DNA of 64,000 bases, from the NCBI GenBank assembly GCA_038087875.1, contig CM075998.1, positions 6,140,001 to 6,204,000 on the forward strand. The letters are read 5' to 3'. A program made the translations under genes and the position numbers. Source of the DNA: Malacoraja senta (Eukaryota). The notes beneath the pieces were generated by a model. That model had not been told where the DNA came from. It saw only the letters and a program-made list of their open reading frames with translations, and searched no databases. Positions 51,365 through 63,109 of the stretch are shown in pieces. Within the stretch, counting starts at the first letter, position 1. Every line of letters begins with the position of its first letter.

Positions 51365-51892
51365 TCGTTTAGTTTGGAGATACAGCTCAGAAACAGGCCC
51401 TTCGGCCCATCGAGATGGCGCTGATCAGCGATCCCCATACACTAACACTATCCTACACATATATATACCAATTATACCAAGTCAATTGACCTACAAGAAG
51501 GAACTGCAGATGCTGGAAAATCGAAGGTAGTCAAAAATGCTGGAGAAACTCAGCGGGTGAGGCAGCATCTATGGAGCAAAGGAAATAGGTGACGTTTCGG
51601 GACGAAACCCGAAAGGGTTTCGGACCGAAACGTTGCCTATTTCCTTAGGTCTGAAGAAGGGTTTCGGGCCCGAAACGTTGCCTATTTCCTTCGCTCCATA
51701 GATGCTGCCTCACCCGCTGAGTTTCTCTAACCTACAAACATGTATGTCTTTGTGGGAGGAAACCGGAGCACACGGAGAAAACCCACGCGGTCACAGGGAG
51801 AACATGCAAACTCCATACAGACAGCACCCGTAGTCAGGATTGAGCCCAGGTCTCTGGCGCTGTGAGGCAGCAACTCTACCGCTGCGCCACCC
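51365..51892 (-). mobile_element. tRNA-derived SINE interrupted by a Penelope fold-back element (about 51497-51728)
   Basis: acctacaa is repeated on both sides of the insert. Confidence 0.85.
51646..51684 (+). ncRNA. Best-formed minimal hammerhead ribozyme motif
   Basis: Stem I TAGGT/GCCTA, core CTGAAGA, stem II GGGTT-TCG-GGCCC, GAAA, palindromic ACGT stem III, predicted cleavage after GTT (51679). Confidence 0.7.
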
Positions 51893-52257
51893 AGTAAATA
51901 TCGGCGAGGGCATCAGGAAATGGTCCACCGTTGATTGGCGATCCTGAATGATCTGCCAGACCCTCGCTTTAACTTCCCATCCGGAAGACAATGCCTTGGA
52001 CAGTGCAGCAGCTGCCCTGTAGAGTTGGCCTGGGCTTGTGGGCTCCAGACTCTGGAGCGACTCTTCAACCCACAACCTTCTGACTCGGAGGCATGAGCGT
52101 GCCACCCACTGAGCCACGTCAGCGTTTTCCAGCTGGGAACTTACGTGGAGCATCAAAATATAAGGAATAGGAGTAGGAATGGGTCTCAAAGCTGATCTGT
52201 CATTTAATCAGATCATGGCCGAAACATTACCTGGTCTCTTCCCAACCCCCCCACAAT

Positions 52258-52900
52258 CAGTCTGAAGAAGTGTATCGACACAAAATGTCACCTATCCATG
52301 TTCTCCACAGATGCTGCCTGACCCGCTGAGTTACTCCAGCACTCTGTGAAACGTCACCTATCCATGTTCTCCACAGATGCTGCCTGACCCGCTGAGTTAC
52401 TCCAGCACTCTGTGAAACGTCACCTATCCATGTTCTCCACAGATGCTGCCTGACCCGCTGAGTTACTCCAGCACTCTGGGAAACGTCACCTATCCATGTT
52501 CCGGCAGCATCTATGGAGCGAAGGAAATAGGCAACGTTTCGGCCCGAAACCCTTCCGGGTTTCGGCCCGAAACGTTGCCTATTTCCTTCAGGGTTTCGGC
52601 CCGAAAGGTTGCCCATTTCCTTTGCTCCACAGATGCTGCCTGACCCGCTGAGTTACTCCAGCACTCTGTGAAACGTCACCTGTCCATGTTCTCCACAGAT
52701 GCTGCCTGACCCGCTGAGTTACTCCAGCACTCTGTGAAACGTCACCTATCCATGTTCTCCACAGATGCTGCCTGACCCGCTGAGTTACTCCAGCATTCTG
52801 TGAAACGTCACCTATCCATGTTCTCCACAGATGCTGCCTGACCCGCTGAGTTACTCCAGCACTCTGTGGTTTTATTATAAAGCAACATCTGCAGGGCCTT
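52258..52900 (+). repeat. 66-bp Penelope-derived array, copy 3 (~7 units, same nested module), headed by a hammerhead-like motif
   Basis: Reverse complement of arrays 1 and 2; starts cagtctgaagaagtgtatcgacacaaaatgtcacc. Confidence 0.9.
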
Positions 52901-53959
52901 GTTTCTGCTCCTGTCATGTATGAATTTTATTAAACATAATGGCCCCCACAAGAGAGACACAAAATGTTGGAATAACTCAGTGGGACAGGCAGCATCTCCG
53001 AAGAGAAGAAATGGGTGACGTTTCAGGTCAAGACCCTCCAGGTGTCTGATGCAGGGTCTCGACCCGAAACGTCACCTTTTCCCTTTCTCCAGAGATGCTG
53101 CCTGACCCGCTGAGTTACTCCAACATTTTGTATCTCTCTTTGGTGTAAGCCCGTATCTGCATTTCCTTCCTGTACACTGATGGTCTCCACAAAGCCTCAA
53201 TGGGACACAGGAAATCATGTCCTGAGGCTCAGAGGCCCATGGTTTCCAGCTTCAACCTTTGGTCTGTGTGACGTTAACTGTTCCCACATGGTACTGAAGA
53301 TGGAAAGAGTTTACAGTTTAGTTCACCGAGGTACAGTGAAAGGCTTTTGTCGCGTGCTAACCAGTCAGCAGAAAGACCACACATGGTTACAATCAAGCTG
53401 TCCGCAGTGTAGATACAAGATAAGGGAATAACGTTAAGTGCAAGGTAAAGCCAGCAAAGTCCGATCAAGTGTGTAGGAAGGAACTGCAGAAGCTGGTTTA
53501 CACTGAAGATAGACACAAAATGTTGGAATAACTGCCCGTCCTGCTGAGTTACTCCAGCAATTTGTGTCTAAAGTCTCATCAAGGATAGTCCGAGGGTCAC
53601 CAAAGACCAACTAGCAATAGTAGTTCAGCAGAATGTGTTGTTGCGTTGGTCTGAGGGGCGTTTGGTTAGGTGTGACGGAGCTGAGTGAAGGTGAGCCTGT
53701 GTCACCCACTGCTTCCCATCAGTGGAGAGCAAGCCGACTTCAGTTGTCGAGTTTACAGATCACTCCCCAGCAACCTTCTGGCAACATGGAAACCACTTGA
53801 ATCATTCTCGCTTTGCCCCGTGACAGCTTTCTTTGTACTCCACTCATCTCACTCCCCGAATCGTGGCCGATTGAGTCAGAAGATGATGGAGTTCCTCTAT
53901 TTCAGTGCGCGTGTTCTTAACGTTACGAAACAACCAGTTTATCGCTAGCTTGTGATGCA

Positions 53960-54900
53960 AGAGTGGGGTTCTAGCAAGGGCTCGAGGTGCTCTCCAGGAA
54001 AGGGACATTACATCTCAAGGACAAAATCAACGGCCTTTTTTTAATGACCTGTGTCCAACACCAGCCACGCTTAAGCACATCCTTACTGGGTGTAAAGTAA
54101 GCCTCTCCCAAGGACGGCACACCTGGAGACATAATCAAGAGCTCAAATGCCTGGCAGCGACTCTGGAAAGTAGGATAACAGCCAACAATGCCCCTGCTGC
54201 CCAGAACAACCAACACAGTTAAGACAATTGCCTTTGTTCGGGGGGGGGGGTGGCAATGGAAAATTCCACCAAGGACCAGGTTTGGACAGCTGGAGGTAGC
54301 CCGGGATTGGCAGATGCTGGTGGATGTGGACCAACAGCTTACAGTTCCATCAGAGATAGCCATCACCAACTTGAGGCCTGATCTTGTGCTCTGGTCCAAC
54401 TCTCAGGGCACGGTGTATTTTGTGGAGCTCACAGTCCCTTGGGAGGATGCTGTGCAGGAAGCCTTCGAAAGAAAGAAACTGCGATCTACAGAGTTTGCAG
54501 CGGAGGCAGAACAGCGGGGCTGGAGAGCTAAGATCTGCCCGGTAGAAGTTGGATGTCGAGGATTGGTGGCAACATCTACCTTAAGACTGATGAAGGACCT
54601 GGGGATCAGCGGACAAGCCCTACGCCAGGCCATCAAGGAAACATCACGGGTAGCAGAGCGGAGTAGCCAGTGGCTCTGGCTGAAGAGGAAAGACCCCATT
54701 TGGTCTCCCAAATAACCGACCAGACAGATGCAGAGGGGGGGTGGTTCTGGGACGCCAGAATGCCTACTGGAGACGTCGTGGGTTCAATCAGCGAAACGTC
54801 GATGAAAGTAGGTGCCCACTTGATAACCCCAATGACGTGTCTGCCTAGCCTTTCTCAACATCGGAGGACCATAGTTGAGTGCAGAAGGTTCCCATCACCA
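53960..54900 (+). mobile_element. HERO/R2-group non-LTR retrotransposon 3' part (zinc knuckle plus restriction-like endonuclease), degraded
   Basis: CPTPATLKHILTGC..WRHNQ; ORF 54188-54715 LRPDLVLWS..VELTVPWE..AFERKK..PVEVGCRG. Confidence 0.85.
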
Positions 54901-55724
54901 TCGGGAGTAAGTTGACATTTGGCACTTTGGATTTTTAACATCTTGTCCTGTGTATTTGGAAACTGATTTATTGACCAAAATAGTATTGGCTAAGGGGAAA
55001 AAGGTTGCTTCATTCAGTAGGGTGATTGGCAGTAGATATCCGATGTGACAACTCCCAGTAACACATCCACCCAGAGACCTCAACTAAATCTAGCGTCAGG
55101 CTACTTTGCCCGGGCCTTGGCTACTTTGATGTAGCAAGGATTTTTAAAAAGCAAATCCAATACCTGCTTTTATTAAGAGCTACATAAGGCTCTTAAAGAT
55201 AGTTGAGTCAGGGGATATGGGGAGAAGGCAGGAACGGGGTACTGATTGGGGATGATCAGCCATGATCACATTGAATGGCTCGAAGGGCTGAATGGTCTAC
55301 TCCTGCACCTATTGTCTGTTGTCTATTTCAAGGGGCTTGGAATACAAAAGTAGGGAGGTCTTGCAGGGCATGAGCGGAGCCACAATTAGGACGGTGATTT
55401 GGACAAACCTCTCCTCACAAAGGGTCGAGATTGATTTGGAATTCTGTACCCCAGAAAGATGCGGAGGCCAATATTTAAATTGATTCAAAGCTGAGACAGA
55501 TTTGTAATCGGTGAGGGAATCAAGGGTTAGGAGGAGAGGGCGGGAATGTGGAGCTGAGGAAAGTTGGATCCGTTTTGATGGAGCAGGCCTGAGGAGCCAC
55601 GTATTCTTGCCCCTAATTCTGTCTGTCCTGTGATGGAGGAAATGTTTCAATGTTTGAAGCATTTAAAAGATGAATGGCTCTGTGTCCTGGAACCAGCCTG
55701 ATCATCTCTTTGTACTTTAGTCTT

Positions 55725-56155
55725 TGGAGATACGACGTGGGAACAGGGCCCTTTGTCCCACCAAGTCTACGCCAACCAGCGATCGTCCCATACACTAGCA
55801 CTATCCTACACATAGATACATTGCAGAAACAGGCCCTTCAGCCCACTGGGTCCGTGCTGACCAGCGATTGCCCCGTACACTAGCACTATCCTACACATAG
55901 ATACATTGCAGAAACAGGCCCTTCAGCCCACTGGGTCCGTGCTGACCAGCGATCGCCCCGTACACTAGCACTATCCTGCATACAAGGGACAATTTACAAT
56001 TTACAGAAGCCAATTAAACTTCAAACCTGTACGTCTTTGGAGTGCGCGAGGAAACTGAAGATCTCGGAGAAAACCCACGCAGGTCACGGGGAGAAGGTAC
56101 AAACTCCGTACAGACAGCAGCCGTAGTCAGGATGGAACCCGGGTCTGTGGCGCTG
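55725..56155 (-). mobile_element. tRNA-derived SINE with 85-bp tandem triplication of the 3' end
   Basis: tacactagcactatcct recurs at 55791, 55876 and 55961. Confidence 0.8.
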
Positions 56156-56548
56156 TGCTGCCCTTTGCCACATGACCCTGTGACCTCTCCAGGGTGAGTA
56201 GCCACAGGAAGCGGCAGGGTGACATCATGATTTTAATTGGCATTGTCATGGATCGGATTCACTCAGTGGAAAGCGTAGGAGTTACAAACGTTCCTCGATA
56301 GACTGCCATACCTCTCTGGCACTGCACCAGAGGCGCCTTCTCCCACTGGGCTTTGAATGAAACGTCTGGGAGCATCACAAGGATCTAATCGCCCCGTCTG
56401 GTTTGAGTGTCCTCGAGGACGCCTTTGTAAACACAAGCTTTGCACCAGCGTAGTCATTCTTAAGATTTCCCCCGCTCTGTAACCATGTTGGTGTTCTACA
56501 CTTGGACCTTCAGCCAGGTATTGAGCAAATACCCTCAATGCCAGAAGT

Positions 56549-56747
56549 TAGACAAAAATGCTGGAGAAACTCAGCAGGTGAGGCAGCATCTATGGAGCGA
56601 AGGAATAGGCGACGTTTCGGGTCGAGACCCTTCTTCAGACCCGAAACGTCACCTATTCCTTCGCTCCATAGATGCTGCCTCACCTGCTGGGTTTCACCAG
56701 CATTTTTGTCTACCTTCGATTTTTCCAACATCTGCAGTTCTTTCTTA
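56549..56747. mobile_element. Fold-back Penelope mini-element
   Basis: Inverted arms meeting at cccttcttcagacccgaaacgtc. Confidence 0.85.
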
Positions 56748-57324
56748 AACAATGCCATAAGTTGATGCTTTGGGTTGGCCCACTGGCGTTAACGTACCTG
56801 GATCTTCAAATGTTCTTGCAGATGCACTGTTGCAAGCACTTGGCAGGTAGGTGAATGTGGAGCAATCTACTGAACAGCTTGTCGCGTGATAGAGCACAGA
56901 AACACACCTCAGTTCACACTGACCATCAAGCAGCCATTTCTACCTAGATTCTGACATTCATCTACACGCTAGTGAACAATCGCTCCACAAATCCGCACGC
57001 CTTTGGGATGTGGGAGGAAAGGGGAGCACCCGGAGGAATCCCACGCAGTCAAAGGGAGAACATGCAAACTCCACACAGACAGCACCCGAGGTTGGGATCG
57101 AGTCTGGGTTGCTAGATCGGTGAGGCAGTGGATCTACCAGCTGCAAGCTGCTGAAATCTTTTGCATGTGTTATTTTCCTGTGAGCTGAGAAAAATAAATT
57201 AACGTGGGTGTTAAACATGGTTGGGCAGAATATGGAAATAAAGAGGAATTGCTTGCAACAGCTTTTGAGACGGGTCACAAGGACATGCAGCTCAGAAGCG
57301 ATTGGGTGAAGGGACGAAGGTCAT

Positions 57325-57710
57325 AGAGTCATAACATGATATACTGTAGCGTGGAAACAGGCCCTTCGGCCCAACTTGCCCAACATGCCCCATCTACACT
57401 AACCCGCATTTGGTCCACATCCCTCCAATTGCATCCTATCCATGTACCTGTCTATCTGTTTCTTAAACGTTGGGATAGTCCCAGCCTCAACTACCTCCTC
57501 TGGCAGCTTGTTCCATACACCCACCACCCTTTGTGTGAAAAAGTTACCCCTCAGATTCCTATTGAATCTTTTCCTCTCTCACCTTGAACCTATGTCCTCT
57601 GGTCCTCGATTCCCCTACTCTGGGCAAGAGACTCTGTGCATCTACCCGATCTATTCCTCTCATGATTTTATACACCTCTATAAGATCACCCCTCATCCTC
57701 CTGCACTCTA
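57325..57710 (-). mobile_element. CR1 LINE 3' end
   Basis: Reverse complement of the 62490-62930 type sequence. Confidence 0.85.
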
Positions 57711-58139
57711 ACCTGAGAAAAATTGTGGTTATACAACAACTGATTGGGATTTATAGCAGGCTGGTACAAAATGATTTGTGTGTCAAAGGGGATAGTATAA
57801 TTAATTACCCAAAGAAAAAAAAGGAGGTGAGAGGGAACTGGCAGGATTGCTCAAGGGAAAAACATAGTGTGGACGTAATGGACCAAATGGCCTTTGGTTT
57901 GGAGTTCACAATGAATGTCCTGCTCAAATGCTGTGCTTTTTGTTTAAACTAGGAAACAGAAAACCATTGTGGATCGTATATTATGCGGTCATAATATACC
58001 TTCCTAGTTTTAAAAAATCCTGTCTGCTTCTTCACTGTGTGAGCATCAGCTCAGGCTGGTCCTGCTGTAGACACAGGAAACGGCCAAAGATTGATTTCAC
58101 ATCCAAATTCATTTTGTGTTTTGTGAGCTTTCCTTAACC

Positions 58140-58292
58140 TTCTCTCCACCTCCCACTACCATCCCCCCCTCCCCACCACCAACCCCCCCTCCACCCTCAT
58201 CCTCCCCCTCCCCCATTCCACCACCAAGCCCCCCCCCACCACCATCCCCCACCCACCCCCACCACCACCACCACTACCTCACCCACTCACCA
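58140..58292. repeat. C-rich low-complexity tract (CCA/CCC)
   Basis: Direct observation. Confidence 0.8.
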
Positions 58293-58879
58293 AACATTCC
58301 AGTCTTGCAGCCATTAACCGTTCAAGTATGGAAGGCAGTTTCCCGTTGCAAGGCACAAGCTTGCGGTTGGGAAGATCGACACAGGAGTTGCCTGGGAAGA
58401 GGTGGGGGAGGGGGTTGAGGAGACGAGTTGGGGGAGGGGGGGTTGCAGGGAGCAGAGGTGACTAGCAAGAGGAAACCGCAGAACCTCTGCAGGCTTTGAT
58501 TAACTGTGAACATTGGATTTTGTTTGAAATTCTGTCTGTCTGGAGATTGCTGTGCTGTGCTTCAAACTGCAGGCTGTGTGTAGTTGGAATCCAGCTGGCT
58601 AGACGCTCAGACTAATGCATTGTGCAGATGGGTTTGCTCAGGGGTCAAGGAAAGGCGGCTATTCAGCAGCACAGTCACGTTGGCCTGGAGTCAGTGAGGC
58701 CTCTTCCTGTAGCCTCTGTCTACAAGCCAGTGGAGGGCATCGGCACGGTGCCCGCTGTGGGAACGCAGGGGGAATGGCTGCCCGTTTGGGCACCGGCAGC
58801 AGTATAGGAGCAACAAACAATCGGCCGGAGGAGCTCAGCGGGTCGAGCGGCATCTGTGGAGGTGGGAGGGAGGAATTTA

Positions 58880-59200
58880 GGGCGGCACGGTGGCGCAGCG
58901 GTAGAGTTGCTGCCTTACTGCGCTCGCAGCGACAGAGACCCGGGTTCCATCCTGACTACGGGTGCTGTCTGTACGGAGTTTGTACGTTCCCCCCGTGACC
59001 TGCGTGGGTTTTCTCCGGGTGCTCTGGTTTCTACCCACACTCCAAAGACGTGCAGGTTTGCAGGTTAATTGGCTTGGTATGAATGTTAAAAAATAGTCCC
59101 TAGTGTGGGTAGGATAGTGTTAATGTGCGGGGATCGCTGGTCGGCGCAGATCCGGAGGGCCGAAGGGCCTGTTTTTGCGCTGTATCTCTAATCTAGACTA
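58880..59200 (+). mobile_element. tRNA-derived SINE, full length
   Basis: gggcggcacggtggcgcagcggtagag...gggttccatcct...tgtatctctaa. Confidence 0.88.
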
Positions 59201-59201
59201 A

Positions 59202-59401
59202 NNNNNNNNNNNNNNNNNNNNNNNNNNNNNNNNNNNNNNNNNNNNNNNNNNNNNNNNNNNNNNNNNNNNNNNNNNNNNNNNNNNNNNNNNNNNNNNNNNN
59301 NNNNNNNNNNNNNNNNNNNNNNNNNNNNNNNNNNNNNNNNNNNNNNNNNNNNNNNNNNNNNNNNNNNNNNNNNNNNNNNNNNNNNNNNNNNNNNNNNNNN
59401 N
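59202..59401. other. Assembly gap (200 N)
   Basis: Run of N. Confidence 1.
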
Positions 59402-59766
59402 AAATGGGGTCGGCTTTTGACACAAAAGCTTTGGTACCTCAGTGGGTTTTATCCTCACCTTGCCCCCCCCCCCCCCCCCCACAGATAAGTGACTCACTCG
59501 GAGAATGTACAGCGATGGGGGGAACAGAATCTGCAGGCTTGGGGATCAGTTTCCGTTAATTTTCTACAGCTGTGTTTTCTTGACTTTGGCTGCTCCATTC
59601 AAACATTTCTTTCATTTCTCTTATTTTTCCCCTGAAAACAAGACTACTGTGCCGTCTGGTCTGTGCTTTGTTAAAGCTGCATCAGTAGATTACTCAGACG
59701 GAGCCGCGATTTTTTTGAAAAAGAAAACTCTTCTCAAAACCTCAAATCAGCATAAAATGGTCAAAA

Positions 59767-60840
59767 TTGGATGATGCAATGCAGATAAAAGCTGAATCAG
59801 CAAACTTAATATCATATTTGTATAATATTATCTTAAATGTACAAACACCATCTACGGAGGGTATCAGAAGAGACTGGGAACAAGAATTAGCTATTAAAAT
59901 TTCAAAGGAAAGTTGGAATGAACACTTATTAAACGTGCATAAATGTTCGATTAATGTAAGACACACTTTAATACAATTTAAAATTTTACATAGATTATAT
60001 TATTCCAAAACTAAAATCCATAAAATTTTCCCAAATGTATCATCCATTTGTGATAAATGTCAATCCCAAGAAGCTACTATAGCGCACTCATTTGTTTTCT
60101 GTACAGAAATTCAAAAATTTTGGATTGAAATTTTTGAAGTCTTTACAAAATTATTTAAAATAAAACTGATACCCAAAGCAGAATGGATTATCTTCGGAAT
60201 AACGGAAGATGCTCCAGAACTAAATGTGTTCCAAAAGAAACTAATAGACTATGGGTTAATAACTGGAAAAAAGCTAATCCTAAAATTTTGGAAGAAGGCT
60301 CCAATACCAACTATAAACATGTGGATTTCAAATATGTTTGAAACATTACACCTAGAAGAGATAAGACTCCTCCTAGCAGGTAAACCAGATCACTTCCACC
60401 TGACGTGGTCGGCATTTATAGAATTATTACAAGTATAGGGTGCCTTAAAAAAAAAAACTGAGGTCAGGTAAGGGGGGATGATAGTTGAAGAGTTGGTATG
60501 TCCCATTTACGTAATGCTCATAAAAATATTTGTTTCTCTCTCTTTTTCCTCTTTCTCTTTCTCCTTCTTTTCTAGGGTCTATTTCTTAACTCTTTTTCTT
60601 TTGTTTTTAATTTTGTTCTTATAGGGTCTTCGTTCTTTCTTGTTGTTACATTTTCTACACTTTCACTTTTTCCTTCACTTTCTTCTTTCTCTCAATCTCA
60701 TCCTTTCCCTTTTCTAGTGTAAAAACAAATGGAGTACATTAATTGTAAGAAGATATAAGTGACGAGTACTAATGTATGTGGTTGTAATGTAATGTACTTC
60801 TAATAAATAAAACAATTTAAAAATATATTTATATATATAT
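59767..60840 (+). mobile_element. L1-type LINE 3' end
   Basis: 223-aa ORF2 C-terminus closely related to 3691-4842; pyrimidine-rich 3'UTR, AATAAA near 60802, AT-rich tail. Confidence 0.92.
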
Positions 60841-61109
60841 CATTCACTCTGATTTCCAATCGCTGCAAGAGCTTTACTGCAACGTGAGGAAGCTGATTAA
60901 GACTTTAAATTGGCCTGTGTTCCCATCCAGTAGCTTGAAAATAGGGGAGTCCACTAAACTTTCTGAATGCTTGAATCTACATTGCTGTTTTCTATGTGGA
61001 GCAACTATTCCCCAGGTAGTTTGGTGCAGTCGTCTGAATAGCAGAGTCCCTGTGCTGTAAATATACTTGGGATGCATCTGGCAAACTGGGTGACCAGTAT
61101 GTGAGACTT

Positions 61110-61480
61110 TGCCATCTCTCCGTCTGTCTGTCTCTCTGTCTGTCTCTCTGTCTGTCTATTTATCTATCTGTCTGTCTCTCTCTCCATCTCACTGTCTCTC
61201 TCCATCTCTGTCATCTGTCTGTCTCTCTGTTTGTCTCTTTCTGTTTTTCTCTCTGTGTCTCTGTGTGTGTTTCTCTGTCTCTGTCTCTGTGTCTCTCTCT
61301 CTGTCTGTCTCTCTCTGTGTCTGTCTCTCTCTCTCTCTCTCTCTCCCTGTCTGTCCCTCTCCCTGTTTGTCTGTCTCTCCGGGTTTCTCCTTCTCTCCAC
61401 CATCTCTCTCTCCGCCATCTCTCTCTCTCCACCATCCCTCCCTCCGCTGTCTCTCTCCATATTTCTCTCCCACCTCTGTC
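61110..61480. repeat. (CT/CTGT)n microsatellite
   Basis: Direct observation. Confidence 0.9.
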
Positions 61481-62179
61481 CCAATAGTGAGCGGCCAGTT
61501 GCCACAGATACTTGCTGCAGTTTGGCTGGGAGTTGGCAAAGGAGCACGGCTTTAAAATGTAGATTGCAGTGGGGATCCCGTGGAGGGAGAGGTAGCCCTG
61601 TGTGTTGGTGGATTGTAGTTCAGTGGAAGGGCTCACAGTGGGAATGAGAGGCCCAGAATGCAGAGGGAAGTCGCCATGAGCTGGAACAAGCTTGGGCCAC
61701 TGAAGCATGTCCCAGCAGTAACGGGCTGTTGATCCCACTGTCATTCCTGTTGGAATGGAGAGAAACAGAATTGGACAAGTTCTAGTGACGTTTCTGAGGG
61801 TAAGGTGCAGTTTTAAAGGAAGATAATATTCTCCATGGCTACTGACTTCAGAAGGGAAACTGCCAGGGCCCTTGGTCAGAGACGGGCCTGTGGAATACCA
61901 GCTACAGCCAGAGAGTGATACAATGAGGAAACAGGCCCTTCGGCCCAACTTGCCCACACTGGCCAACGTGTCCCAGCTACACTAGTTCCACCTGCCCGTG
62001 CTTGGCCCATATCCCTCCAAACCTGTCCTGTCCATGTCTAAATGCTTCTTAAATGTTGCGACAGCACCTGCTTCAACTACGTCCTCCGGCAGCTCGTTCC
62101 ATACATCCACCACGCTGTGTGTGAAAAATGTACCCTTCAGGTTCCTATTAAATATTTTCCCCCTTCACCTTAAACTGAG

Positions 62180-62385
62180 CTCAGTCCACCTGGGCCTACC
62201 TGATCTCTCGGTTGCCAAACACTTAATAATTCTCCTTCTCATCCACACACTGACCTCTCTGTCCTGGGCCTCCTCCATTGTCAGAGTGAGGCCCAGCGCA
62301 AATTGGAGGAACAGCACCTCATATTTCACTTGGGTAGTTTACACCCCAGCGGCATGAACATTGACTTCTCTAACGTCAAGTAACC
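62180..62385 (+). mobile_element. Penelope GIY-YIG C-terminal fragment
   Basis: Homologous to about 35420-35625 (PDLSVAKH..KLEEQHLIF.LG). Confidence 0.8.
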
Positions 62386-62489
62386 TTTTAGGCAGCACGG
62401 TGGTGCCGCTGTGGACCCAGGTTCGATCCCAACTACGGGTCCTGTCTGTACGGAGTTTGCACGTTCTCCCGTCTCTGTCTCTCGTTTCC

Positions 62490-62930
62490 CTTATGTATGT
62501 GTATAAAATCATGAGAGGAATAGATCGGGTAGATGCACAGAGTCTCTTGCCCAGAGTAGGTGAATCGAGGACCAGAGGACATAGGCTTAAGGTGAAGGGG
62601 AAAAGATTTAATAGGAATCTGAGGGGTAACTTTTTCACACAAAGGGTGGTGGTGTATGGAACAAGCTGCCAGAGGAGGTAGTTGAGGCTGGGACTGTTAG
62701 ACAGGTACATGGATAGGACAGGTTTGGAGGGATATGGACCAAATGCGGGCAGGTGGGACTAGTGTAGCTGGGACATTGTTGGGCCGGTGTGGGCAACTTG
62801 GGCTGAAGGGCCTGTTTTCCACACTGTATCACTCTGTGACTAGTGTAGATTGGACATGTTGGCCGGTGTGGGCAAGTTGGGCCGAAGGGCCTGTTTCCAC
62901 ACTGTATCACTCTGTGACTCTGTGACTTGA
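62490..62930 (+). mobile_element. CR1 LINE 3' end with duplicated ~78-bp terminus
   Basis: VYKIMRGIDRVD..RTRGHRLKVKG..FFTQRVV; terminus repeated twice. Confidence 0.85.
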
Positions 62931-63109
62931 CCACTCCATCAACGATTCATTCGAGGGTTGCAAAGATCAACAATTTAACAGGAGGAGTGAAGCTATTCTT
63001 TTCTCATCAGCATCAGATGCTTTCCAATGCTTTAGTAAGCTCTGGAGTTTTTAATTAAAGATAAAAAATGAGTTTTAGCATATGCGTTTGGAAGGATGAG
63101 TGGGGGGGG

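Noticed and set aside
58116..58418. Proline-rich ORF as a formin FH1 exon
   Set aside because: It is a C-rich low-complexity tract with no FH2-like or other FMNL sequence, and the intervening FMNL exons are not seen upstream
58880..58960. tRNA-like A/B boxes as tRNA genes
   Set aside because: They are heads of a multi-copy SINE and continue into the SINE body and tail
59191..59201. ctagactaa next to the gap, matching the reverse complement of the Helitron end
   Set aside because: Only 9 nt, also explainable as a variant of the SINE (ctaaa)n tail, and the flanking base does not fit A|T insertion
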